Virus record (IMG/VR): IMGVR_UViG_3300033004_000003
Span: 1-53,646 of that record
Reading direction: 5' to 3' (one strand)
Source of the DNA: a virus
Taxonomy: Duplodnaviria > Caudoviricetes
Length of the DNA stretch: 53,646 nt
This document shows positions 53,040-53,646 of the stretch, in pieces; the first letter of the stretch is position 1, and each line of letters opens with the position of its first letter. The position numbers were made by a program, and so were the translations under genes. A model generated the notes under the pieces. The model searched no databases, was not told the origin of the DNA, and worked only from the letters and a program-made list of their open reading frames with translations.

Positions 53040-53221
53040 AACAACCATCGCTCCCGTTTAAGCGCTACACCAAGGATAAACCAACCCAAACCCAGATAAG
53101 GTTCGCGGCCAATGAAAGCAGGCCGGCTATGGATGGGGATACGTGCCGGTTATGTGAGGGAGAAGGCGGCGACTGCCCGTGGTGTTTAGGGGCTAGTGTT
53201 ATCCGGATGCCGAGGGATTGA
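53036..53221 (+). CDS. Small zinc-finger protein
   Basis: CRLCEGEGGDCPWCLG; ATGA coupling. Confidence 0.5.
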   Translation: MKQPSLPFKRYTKDKPTQTQIRFAANESRPAMDGDTCRLCEGEGGDCPWCLGASVIRMPRD

Positions 53222-53275
53222 CAGATTGATGTGCACCCATATATTGTAAAGCACAATTCCCCATAAGGCTTTACA

Positions 53276-53464
53276 ATGACAAAGAATGTTAAGACATCCC
53301 TTGTTTTCTCAGGGCCGCAATTTCATTATTTGAAGTGCGAAGCGGAGAGACAAGGTATATCTATAGCCGAGGTTATACGCAAGGCTATTAGCGAAGCGCG
53401 ACCAGGGTTTAGCGCTCCAGAACACAAGGTAAAGAACAGGCTTCCGCACAGCGCTGAAGGTTAA
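53276..53464 (+). CDS. CopG-like ribbon-helix-helix protein
   Basis: KTSLVF....HYLKCEAERQGISIAEVIRKAI; TTGACA promoter at 53218. Confidence 0.75.
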   Translation: MTKNVKTSLVFSGPQFHYLKCEAERQGISIAEVIRKAISEARPGFSAPEHKVKNRLPHSAEG

Positions 53465-53523
53465 GTCGTACCAGCAACGACAATCTTGACAAATAAGCCT
53501 GAAATTTGATAGTCGATAGTGTA

Positions 53524-53646
53524 CGATCCTGTTTTCTATAATTGTTTTTCTTCGCAAGGAGCTTTCATGTCAGAATCGCAGCCTGCTATGCAGTTAACTT
53601 TGCTTGATTGGCGTCCGATGAAGCGCAACAGTTTGCGCGGTTTCGC
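53524..53646. repeat. Terminal direct repeat, copy 2
   Basis: Identical to 1-123. Confidence 0.95.

Overview
The window is an apparently complete, circularly assembled tailed dsDNA phage genome of about 53.5 kb (positions 1-123 repeat exactly at 53524-53646). Its morphogenesis module is podovirus-type: TerS/TerL, P22-like portal, GroES, scaffold, capsid, adaptors, nozzle, GNAT, two large ejection proteins and several fibres/spikes. It also has a Prim-Pol + VapE replication module, a RecT-like/Gp157 recombination module and many small accessory genes. GcrA- and GapR-like genes point to an alphaproteobacterial host, possibly acidophilic Acetobacteraceae (inference). I saw no integrase, tRNA or CRISPR array. 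Most notable observations: (1) four fibre/spike-like proteins carry Sec-type signal peptides and paired cysteines, and three share a C-terminal domain, suggesting periplasmic maturation of virion appendages; (2) a likely programmed -1 frameshift (G GGG GAA plus downstream multi-stem RNA) joins a startless conserved domain to a basic head-region protein; (3) an xxxGGx[VIA] peptide motif recurs across four virion-region proteins, next to a small protein with a duplicated GG-associated domain; (4) a C5 methyltransferase has its motif IX/TRD overprinted in another frame; (5) there are three structured non-coding RNA candidates; (6) a 47-bp collapsed IS200/IS605 element is inserted silently at a stop codon; (7) a GIY-YIG cassette appears to have replaced a helicase-methylase module. 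All family assignments come from motif recognition by eye, not database searches.
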